From the NCBI GenBank assembly GCA_020891255.1, contig BQFW01000001.1, positions 1,364,001 through 1,428,000 on the forward strand: a stretch of DNA of 64,000 nt, written 5' to 3'. The DNA comes from Entomortierella parvispora E1425 (lineage: Eukaryota > Fungi > Mortierellomycota). The notes under the pieces are model-generated. The model had not been told where the DNA came from. It worked only from the letters and a program-made list of their open reading frames with translations, and did no database searches. Position numbers and translations under genes: made by a program. Shown here in pieces: positions 12,601 to 21,796 of this stretch. The first letter of the stretch is position 1. The number at the start of each line of letters is the position of its first letter.

Positions 12601-13433
12601 GAGGACCTGATCATGACAACCACACCGACAGTGATTCTAGTGATAGTTGTTGCGAAAGCAGTTCCAGTGGCGACGAAGAATCGGAGGGCACAAATCCCTT
12701 CAGTGAAAAATTTGGTCAGGAGAGCGATTGTTATGCAAAGATTGAGCGGATGTATCCACACCAGGGCCCCGCTCTAGGCCCTATTGCATCCCAGGAACGA
12801 ACCTATGACAAGAGTCGTAGGGACTCTACTGCGTCTTCTGTCACTCTTGTGGATGAGAGGACCGGCAAACGACTTCATCGTAGCCACCGTCATCATCATC
12901 ATCATCATCATCGGGAGAAGCGACAGAGCCGCAGGGAACAGTCGGGCCCCCAGCCCAAGCAGTCCTCTCATAATGAAGGCCTCTCGCTTAATGGCGTAAA
13001 CGTATCGATAGTAGAGCTCACGGACGAGGGAGAAGAACAGGATCTAGTGCGCATCAAGAGTTTGCGTGCTTCAAGTCTGGAGTGCCTTTGCCAGGAAAGT
13101 CTCGGTGCCGGTCAGCCAGAAGCAGACGATGGCCCATTTTCTAATGCCCACAGGAACGGTCGTCAAATGTCTGCCATGACGGTCTTTGGAGACTTGGAAG
13201 TGGTTGGAGCAGGAAGTGGCAGCAGCCGCAATGGGTCCACCAGTGGATCCAGTTCTGTCAGAGTGGCAACAGAGACAGAGGGGTGTGATCCTTTCTCTTC
13301 TTCTGTGGCGTTTGTGCCTTCCGGTCCAGAGCATCCGTTCGACCATCGTTCAAATCTACAGCCGTCATTGCTGGCGCCCGGTGAAATGTTTTGGTACTCA
13401 CAAGAAGTAATTGGGACAAAGAGAAGGATCTGA
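9692..13433 (+). CDS. APC-superfamily (LAT/MUP1-like) amino-acid permease; C-terminus disrupted by an LTR insertion
   Basis: IIGTLIGTGIFASPG, YAELGTMFPESGGDFQYLRRAYG, GELRNPERNLKRAV, multiple TM helices. Introns near 10257-10402 and 11483-~11596. The last codons before the stop lie inside the LTR. Confidence 0.88.
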
Positions 13434-13546
13434 ACTGACCCCTCTGTCTCGATCCTATAAGGACGAGCCAGAGTGGCTTAGCACGGCTCCTGTCATCTTG
13501 CTTTATTGTGCTATCTGACATGCCCGCTTGACCCAAATATACCACA
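13382..13546 (-). repeat. 3' LTR (165 bp)
   Basis: Base-for-base match to 20865-21029 by eye. Minus strand starts TGTGGTA and ends CATTTCA. Confidence 0.97.
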
Positions 13547-13547
13547 G

Positions 13548-13558
13548 CCCTCTTCCTT
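13548..13558 (-). other. Polypurine tract (AAGGAAGAGGG)
   Basis: Purine run on the element sense strand, one base before the 3' LTR. Confidence 0.85.
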
Positions 13559-13846
13559 GGGGAAGGCTGAAAGCCGGGTAAGAATAGTATCATTTGTGTC
13601 GTACAAGCATGCTTGATGATCCCAAGTAAGAAAAAGAAATCAAAAAAAGAAACATATAAAAAAAATAAAAAATAAAAAAATAAGTGAAATGGAAGTCAAC
13701 ATCTTCCAATGACCTTGGTGGAGACTACCGGGCAAAAATCAAAAAAGCCTGGCTGAAGGGAAAACCTCGTGGGTGAAAACCTTCATCGTTCTCCTGAGGG
13801 AAAAGCGGAAAACAACCCTCCATAATTCATTTAGCGATGTGAGTGG

Positions 13847-16800
13847 TTAAGTGCGCTTGCGTTTTTTCGCATGAGCTGCTTTCTCCTTTCTAGCCCGCTC
13901 AGCGCCTTCGCCAGTTTGGTCTGCCGACTGGGTTTGACCTGACCGCGTACGCGTCCTTGTCGCGATCGTTGTGTTCTCACTGGAATCATTGCCCTCTTGG
14001 TTCCGACCAGTTGGGTCTTCCTCTGATTCTGATTCGCTGTCTGTGAAGTCCGTCTCTTGAACTGCCTGCCCAGACTTAGTCCTCTTCGTCAGATGGTTTA
14101 ACTGCTGCGACGAGTGCACCCCTGGTCGATCGCGAGTCTTCCAGTAGTCCTCGATGCATTTCGTCTCAAAGAAATTCCTTATCGGTTCCCAGGTATTGTC
14201 CTTTGCCGTGTATCCTTTCCACTTCACCAGGTACTCTACTCCCCCCCCAGGTGGCTCCCTGTGGTTGAGTACTTTTTCTACCTCGTAAGTGGGTGTAGCT
14301 TCAAAATCCTCCAAGACGAGTTTGAGCTGTGATGGTGCAAAATTACGCTTGAGTTCCTCACCTGTACCGTCACGCAGTACATATGAGCCCCCTGTTGTTT
14401 TGCGAACGACCGTAAATGGTCCCTCGTAACGCGGCGCAAGTTTGTCTCCTCGGATTGGGTCAATTGACATCACCTTAGCTCCGTCAGCAAATTCATTGAG
14501 CAGGATCGATTTGTTGAATCGTTCGACCATTCGTCGTTGGGTCTCCTTAGCCTTAGCTGCAATTCCTGGAAAGACAACATCGGTCACGTATTGTAGTCTC
14601 TCCAAGAGTTCTTCCTTCGTGGCGGCTCCCACATTGGCACGCGGAAAGTTGCTGTTCCCGTCGTATTGTCTGGCAAAGAAGAGTGAAAATGGAGATGAGT
14701 TGTGTAACGCGACGATCCTCGTGTTCATGGCCAACTGTGCCATAGGTACATGCTGTGCCCAACTGGCTTTGTCTCCTTTGATCTCCTTCCTAATTATGTT
14801 GCAAGCCGTCTTGACGTGGTTCTCTGCCACTCCATTTCCCCGTGGGTGATATGGTGTGACAAGACGGTGCTCTGCTCCTGCTTTCTTCAGTAGCGTGGTT
14901 ACTGCCTCGTTGACAAACTCTCTGCCATTATCCGATTGGATGATCCTGGGGAATCCGATCGTAGTGAAGATACCAAGAAGTACTCCCGCGATCGTGAGTG
15001 CTGCTTTGTCTGGTATGGGTCGTAAGAATACAAACCGCGTGCATACGTCGACCAGCACAAGGAGGTATCGGCATCCATTGCTTTCCTCCGGAAATGGTCC
15101 AGCCAGGTCGACTGCCATGTGTTCACCAGGTAGATTCGAATATATGGCCGCCAATGGGTGATAGCCTTTGCGAGCGATGTTGGTTCGCTGGCATTCGCGA
15201 CAACGTTTGACGTGTTCCAGACAATCCTTGACAAGATGTGGCCAAGTTTTGCCTATCGCATGAATATGTTTAACCATTGCATTGGCACCGAAGTGGCCAT
15301 TTGCATGTACATCATCTAACAGCGTCGTTCTGTCCGATTCCTCGACGGTTTCCCTAATTGTGTCCTTGTCCTGGATCAGATGTACGTAACCATACACTTT
15401 GTCTGGTGCGGTTCCTTTGATCTTATCCGTCCATAAGTCCTTTGGAAATTGCCGAGATAACGCGTCTGGCAGAACGTTCAGCGCTCCTGGTCGGTACACC
15501 ACCTTGAAGTTGTAATCCAAGATTGTCTCCTGCCACGCTGTCAACATGGAGTTCATCTCTTGCTGGGTATGCATGAATGTCAGAGCTCTATGGTCCGTGT
15601 AGAGCGTGAAGTGTCTACCCCATAGGTAATAGTGCAATTTCTTTAGTGCAAAGACAATCGCCAGCAACTCCCGCTGTGTAGCTGAATAATTGCGTTCACT
15701 TGGTTGCAATGAACGTGCGACAAATGACACATACCGAATATTCTCCGGGTTTTGCTCCCCATCAGGTAATTGATACAATACTGCTCCTATGCCGAAGTTC
15801 GATGCATCTGTGGCAACATGGAACGGTAGGCTAAAATCAGCAAAGTGTAGGATGGGAGCAGCGATGAGCAGATTCTTTAGGGCGTTGAAACATTCAAGCT
15901 GTCTCTTATCCAATTTGAATCGTCCTGGTGCATTCCTCAAGGCATCCAGCGGCGCTGCTATCGTACTAATCAATGGGATGTATTCTCTGAAGAAATTAAA
16001 CGTACCCATGTATGACATGACCTCCGCACCTGTCTCGGGTGGAGCCCATTCATCGATGTTAGCCAATTTGTTCGGATCCACGCGTTTGTCGTTGACGTCG
16101 ATCACAAATCCTAGCACTGCTACTTGCGTGGCAAAGAAGCGACATTTCTCAACATTAATGATGAGTTTCGCCGCAGAGAGTCTCTCTATGACTGTCTTCA
16201 CATGGAGAGCATGCTCTTCTCGATTCTTTGATGCAATCAAAATGTCGTCGATAAAATTACGCACGAAGGGTAAGTCTCCTAGGATTCTTGACATACCACG
16301 TTGGAATAGACTGGAAAGCGGTTTGAGTCCAAACGGTGCCTTCTTGAACATGTACTGTTTTCCGTCGTGCATGAACGCTGTCAACATTTGATCAGCCTCA
16401 TGGATTGGCATTCTATGATAAGCTTGTCGCAAATCGATGGTAGTGAAGACCGCGTTGCCTCCCGCGAAATTCAGGATGTCACTAATGAGTGGGACTGGAA
16501 AATTGTCGTCAGGAAGGAGTGCATTTAATGGCCGTGGATCCAAACAGACACGGTAGAGTCGCTTTTGCCCCTCTGCATCTTTCTTGGCAGCCAATGTCAG
16601 AGTATTGTTAAACGGGTTTCCTACGGGCGCAAGCGTGATCACGTCATCCTTGAGCCATCCGTCAACCGTTGCATCAATGATGGGTATCTGAGCCGCCGCA
16701 AACACGCGAGGTCGTCGAAACAACTTCACGCCCTTGGGGACTTGTAAATACACCTTCATCTCTGGTACAGAACAATGACTCGTGGACGGAATGTCCGCAT

Positions 16801-17270
16801 TGTCCTTCAGGGCCTGCTTAACATACTCCATGAATGCCTCTTTCTCCTTAACAAACTCCTCAGTCTTTTCAGTATCCGGGGTCGTGAGAGGTATGAGCGT
16901 TGGTTTCTGATCTTCAATGACTGGTGGCGCCTTATCGGTAGACTGTCCCGGGACAGGCAAACCAACAATCCTGAAGCCAAAGTGATGAAACAAGTCCATG
17001 CCAATGGTGAATGGATAGTCTTGTTCAATTACCTCATACGGGGCAGGAACTGTTCGCTCTCCACAGGTAACCTGTACACGATCCGTTTCTCCAATTCGTC
17101 TGACCACAGATTTGTCTGCCAGCCGAATTGTCCCTGAACGCACATTGACATTGATTTTTGTACCTCTGTACGATGTCAGTGCTCATGAACGAATACGTTG
17201 CTCCGGTGTCCACCAAAGCTAAGTGCCTGCTGTTCCTGAACATGACGTGGACAAATATCCTGTTGTCCAT
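13847..17270 (-). CDS. Retrotransposon Pol (protease-RT-RNase H-integrase-chromodomain) with a 1-bp frameshift in the protease
   Basis: ALVDTGAT (protease, ORF 17034-17270), RNFIDDILI (RT), TDASNFGIGAVL (RNase H), HANGH..CRECQ, VDLAGPF/SDNGREF (integrase), YEVEKVL..YLVKWKGY..NTWEP (chromodomain). Frame break at the T5 run 17155-17159. Confidence 0.93.
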
Positions 17271-19446
17271 CTTTGCGTCCTTTTTGCTTGCATTGAACTT
17301 TTGGTGAGTCGGATCGAGAGAAAAGGGTGATGTTTCTCCCTTTTCGAGTCAAGACTCGTTTTCTCTTCTTCTTTTTTCTCTTACTCTGCTCACCTGATTT
17401 GATGTTGTCGTCAGCATCTGGCTGTACGTCCAGCGATGAGATCATCAAATCCTCAGAAAGTGTGGCCGTGCATGCAGGTGAGTTATAAATAGAAAATTGT
17501 GAGTGGGCGAGGGAGTCCTCATCGTGCAGCACATCCGGGACGAGACCGTCTCCGATGTCTTTCTCTTCGTTTCTCGGCACTGTCGCGGAAGCGATTGTCT
17601 TTTCCTCACCCCTCGTTTTTCCCATTTCTGACTCGTCATCTTCTACCACTGCAACACCATACTTCTTGTTCATTGCATCACTGTCGACTGTCATGTCGAC
17701 GTCTTCGTCACTTTCGTCATCTACAACAATAACACTACTCTCCCCCCTCTCGGAGGATTGTTGCTTGAAAGTAACTTTCTTGCGTCTCTTCCGTTTCCGC
17801 ATTTTCTCCACAGCATGCCCCTGCTCCTTGTCAACTCCATTCACAACGTTCATGACCGGGATGTCACTTGCATTAAATTCCAACAAAATATCTTCGTCTA
17901 TATTTTTCTGCTGCGTTGTGTGGTCCATTTCTGGGTTTTCGACCGGGCCATGGATGCGTAGCAGCATGTCCTGTCGAGTTTCGGAAATCGTTTTCTCACT
18001 TTCCTGCGTTTCCCTTGTGTTGACCAGGTCTGCCTGTGGTATGGTTACAGAACTGACAATTAGTGGCACTGTGCTTGTCACTGCGTCATTGTTGTCATCG
18101 TTCTGCTCACCAGCATTGAAGTAGGGTTCGTTTCGCCTCTGGAAGCCTCTACCTCTACTACGATGCCCACGCCCGTTAGAGGCACCTCGAAAGTTGGGCT
18201 GGGTCGTCGAATGATTTCCCTGCTTGGTTTCGTTGTGTCCATTGGCGGCATTCTGATTGCCTGAGGACTGCGAATGCTGATTCGTGGATTGCTTCTCAGC
18301 CGCTTTGCTGGCGTCCCTTTCGGCTCTAGCCTTTTTTGTCTCGGCGATGACTTTCTTCCATGCAGAAGAATCGTCGGGTCCTTCCAAGTTGGCCATTGCC
18401 TTAGTGACCCATTCCCATGTTTTCATATTTGGTGGTGTCATGCCCATGTGCTGCAACATACATTTCTGAACCTCTATCCAGTTCATGACCGTGACAGCCA
18501 GGGATGGGATTGACATTTGCAGTGTGTGGAGAATGTCGGCGCTTTGATCCAATTCCTTGATTTTGTACACTGCGGCTGTCTCTCCGATTCTCTGAGAGTA
18601 CTCCAGGTATGATTCCCCTTTTTCTCTTCCTTCAATGGCAAACTTCTTCGCTTCAACTGACTTTTGCATTGGTGAGAGTGCAGCGCCGACGAATGCCTCC
18701 TCGCATGCTTTCCAGTCCCATTTAGCATTTGGGTTCGCCTGGACAGCAACATGGAAAGCTCGCCCGACCTTCTTGTCCATGTTCGCCATGGTCAACACTC
18801 GCTGGCATGTATTGTTGAAGGTAACAACGCCCATGTTCGCTTCACCATGTCTGCGGAGCTCGAACAGGAATTCCCGTACATTCTGAAAGAGCTTTGCGTC
18901 CGCTTTGGCAGGTAACGGTGGCAAGGTGTCTGGCGGTTCCACGGGTGAGTGGAATCGAGGACAGTCAGAGGCAAGAGTGATCTTGAGCTCAACTCCGTCC
19001 TTGCTGTACGTTGCTCCTGTGCCGGACACGGATTGTGCGTCCTCAGTCTCAGAGAGTTTCAGGTCACGCACGATCAGCTGGAAGGCGGCTATCGCTTCTC
19101 GCTTTTCTTTCGCCTCTGCTTCAACTTCTTTGCAGCGGGCGGCTAATCCTGGGGACTTGTCGACCATACTTTTCAACAGCAGTCCGCCGTGAATGCTGGA
19201 CAAGCGGCCAAGTTGAGTAGACAAGTCGAGGATGGTACGTTCTGCACTCTCCTTGGTGAGTCGTTCCGACTCTGGGATTCCAGGGTCTTCGTTAACGACC
19301 TCCATCATCGCATCGTCATCTGGTAGAATTCCTTCCACCGATTGGGGGTCGGTATCTATAGTCAAGTTGCGCATGGCTCCTTCGACTGGTGCAGCCTCTC
19401 CGACACGGGGCTGACCATTACCAATGATGTCCGACAGTTCGGTCAT
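17176..19446 (-). CDS. Retrotransposon Gag
   Basis: 756-aa ORF upstream of pol between the LTRs: coiled-coil, capsid-like region (VREFLFEL..WDWKACEEAF..ESYLEYSQR) and RG-rich basic segment. Confidence 0.85.
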   Translation of the reverse strand: MTELSDIIGNGQPRVGEAAPVEGAMRNLTIDTDPQSVEGILPDDDAMMEVVNEDPGIPESERLTKESAERTILDLSTQLGRLSSIHGGLLLKSMVDKSPGLAARCKEVEAEAKEKREAIAAFQLIVRDLKLSETEDAQSVSGTGATYSKDGVELKITLASDCPRFHSPVEPPDTLPPLPAKADAKLFQNVREFLFELRRHGEANMGVVTFNNTCQRVLTMANMDKKVGRAFHVAVQANPNAKWDWKACEEAFVGAALSPMQKSVEAKKFAIEGREKGESYLEYSQRIGETAAVYKIKELDQSADILHTLQMSIPSLAVTVMNWIEVQKCMLQHMGMTPPNMKTWEWVTKAMANLEGPDDSSAWKKVIAETKKARAERDASKAAEKQSTNQHSQSSGNQNAANGHNETKQGNHSTTQPNFRGASNGRGHRSRGRGFQRRNEPYFNAGEQNDDNNDAVTSTVPLIVSSVTIPQADLVNTRETQESEKTISETRQDMLLRIHGPVENPEMDHTTQQKNIDEDILLEFNASDIPVMNVVNGVDKEQGHAVEKMRKRKRRKKVTFKQQSSERGESSVIVVDDESDEDVDMTVDSDAMNKKYGVAVVEDDESEMGKTRGEEKTIASATVPRNEEKDIGDGLVPDVLHDEDSLAHSQFSIYNSPACTATLSEDLMISSLDVQPDADDNIKSGEQSKRKKKKRKRVLTRKGRNITLFSRSDSPKVQCKQKGRKDGQQDICPRHVQEQQALSFGGHRSNVFVHEH

Positions 19447-19889
19447 CTAGGGACAGATGGATGCAATTGTAGTGACGGATGGGTATCAGTTTACCGGCTA
19501 GGTCTGTTGATACGCACTGCCGTACTTTACTGTTGTCTACGGTCTTTTCCTAGGATGTCTCCCAAAAAAAATAAAAGTAGCGAGAGAGTTTTTTCATCCA
19601 GGGTATCTCCCCCGCATTTTGTCCTAGACGGGCGACCCCTCATGTGGCTTAGCTTCGATCCACATGTGATGCCTTGTTGACACTCCTCAAACTCTCGTTC
19701 ATTCCTCATCACGCCATCGGCGCATGATCCCGGGGGACCAATCAGCGATGATCTTTGTCGTGGTGATGCCCATTTAAATGGAGTAGCGATGGAGGAAGTG
19801 AATCTCCATTCCTCCTTCCATTCCTTTTTCCTTCGCCCCGACTTTTTTTTTTCACCATTCCTTCGTTCATTCTGCACTTTCATCACGTA

Positions 19890-20594
19890 ATGACCAAAGG
19901 ACACCCTCGTCGTGCGTCTATGCGACCAACTATGGATGGGCCGCTTTCACCTCGCCTGCCTCCTTCCCAGCCTGTTGCTGCTGACACGGTTTTGTCCGCT
20001 CATGCAGCAGTCGCTGATTCCGACGATGGTGGTGAGTCTGACGACAGCACTAAATCTGTCGCTCTCTTCCGACGGTCAAGTTCTGTGCCTCGTTCTCCTC
20101 CTCCTGAGGTAGGGACATCGACCTCGCCTTCGCACTCTATCCTGCCGTTATCGCTGACCTCGTCATCGAGTACTCCACTGTCACAGTCGGTCAGTGAGAC
20201 CGTTTCATCGACTTTTGTTGCCGAAGACAACATGGTACCTGTCGAGAACGACGATCTTACTTTTCCCTCATCTCAGATGGTCAGAGACTGGGGTGAATCG
20301 ACTACTGCGGCGGCAAGACGTGCCCCCACGGTGATTGACGATGTGGAGAGTTCGTCTCAGCAGACGTTGGAGGATGTCTCCCTCCAAGCTTTGAGAGACT
20401 TGGGTCAACGTGTGGGTACTGCTTTCCACCGCAGTGCGGAGGAGCACGGCGTCGAGGGTCGTGACCACTGGACAAATGAACACGCAGCGTTAGCTTTCCA
20501 GTATTCGGCTCAATTAGCTTTCACCACGCAGCTCATTGCCAGAGGACGTCAGAAGAGAAACGTCCGTTTCTCTCCTTATACGAAAGCAACCTGA
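19890..20594 (+). CDS. Antisense accessory ORF inside the retrotransposon leader (234 aa, unknown function)
   Basis: ATG-initiated open frame; S/P-rich N-terminus, helical-looking C-terminal block, ends RGRQKRNVRFSPY. Confidence 0.5.
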   Translation: MTKGHPRRASMRPTMDGPLSPRLPPSQPVAADTVLSAHAAVADSDDGGESDDSTKSVALFRRSSSVPRSPPPEVGTSTSPSHSILPLSLTSSSSTPLSQSVSETVSSTFVAEDNMVPVENDDLTFPSSQMVRDWGESTTAAARRAPTVIDDVESSSQQTLEDVSLQALRDLGQRVGTAFHRSAEEHGVEGRDHWTNEHAALAFQYSAQLAFTTQLIARGRQKRNVRFSPYTKAT

Positions 20595-20864
20595 TAGATC
20601 TTCCAAGTGCACGATTGTAATAAAATGGGTGTCTTCATTGCATTTTGACTGTGCAACGTAGATCATCGTGTGGGCGCAACTAGTGCATCGTCGCGTACAG
20701 GGTGAACAACTCATTCCCTGAACTGTACTGAATATCGACGATATCTCATGCAGCGTGGACTTTCGGGTCCTCCACTGATGGACTGTATTTCCACTACTAG
20801 AACGCATCCGTTTCCACGGTGTTTCCGAGTGTAGATCCTCTCTTTTCAAACTCAATTAAAAAAA

Positions 20865-21029
20865 TGAAATGTTTTGGTACTCACAAGAAGTAATTGGGAC
20901 AAAGAGAAGGATCTGAACTGACCCCTCTGTCTCGATCCTATAAGGACGAGCCAGAGTGGCTTAGCACGGCTCCTGTCATCTTGCTTTATTGTGCTATCTG
21001 ACATGCCCGCTTGACCCAAATATACCACA
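20865..21029 (-). repeat. 5' LTR (165 bp)
   Basis: Identical to 13382-13546; flanked on the outside by the TSD CCCGG. Confidence 0.97.
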
Positions 21030-21796
21030 CCCGGCACCCAGTTCTGTTTGTCTCCTTTGTCGAGTCTGTCCCCGCCCCGAGCACGGCTGACAGTCAGCAA
21101 CCCGATGAGAACTCTCAATCGCGATCACTCTCCCCTACTGTGCCCCCGGCGACTCCTGAAGCAAGGGGTCTGACTCCGTCATCGTCTTTCCAGTCCAGCG
21201 CCAACGAGCGGTTGGGATCGCGTTCTTCGCAGAGGACGATAACCCGACAGGGAGATCAATGCAAGAGGGCTTCGCTATTGGTCAAGGGTGGCTTAGATTA
21301 GTTTTCACGACGATTCACAAAAATCACAATTTCACATGCGACCTTTGCAAAAAAAAAAAAAAAAAAATAGCGACCTACCCGGAGCAAAACCTGTAGAGAC
21401 GAAAAGAGAGGTGATCAACGTGTTAGAAAGACTTGAAGCATGTCGCTTGTAGCATGTCGCTTGCCTTTGCCTTTTGAACAAGAACTTTTTCTTACCCAAT
21501 TCTACTATAAGGTAGATTACGCGAGTTGGTTAGTATCGCTGAGGGATGAAGATGCTGATCCTGCTGTTGGATCTATTGTGATGATTGCGAAAAGTAGTCA
21601 ACCATGGTGATAGTGAGTCTCAAGTGCGTTGGATGACTCGAGGCGGTTGCTGTATTTACCTTGCTGCTGCTGCTGCTGTCGCCTGGGTGCAGAAGAAGAT
21701 GACGCTGAGGCTGACGCCGATGTAACGGCCGGCGATGGGGTAGAGGGCGATGGCGAGAAGGCCAAGCCTACAAGAGAGGATGAATATACATCCATG

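Larger units (their letters stand above)
13382..21029 (-). mobile_element. Full-length Ty3/gypsy chromovirus LTR retrotransposon (7648 bp)
   Basis: Two identical 165-bp LTRs (TG...CA on the minus strand), 5-bp TSD CCCGG (13377-13381 and 21030-21034), polypurine tract, and gag plus PR-RT-RH-IN-chromodomain ORFs. Confidence 0.97.

Noticed and set aside
21011-21301. 96-aa ORF starting in the 5' LTR
   Set aside because: Starts at a TTG inside the LTR and is out of frame with the permease. It remains possible only if the permease tail frame is mis-assigned.
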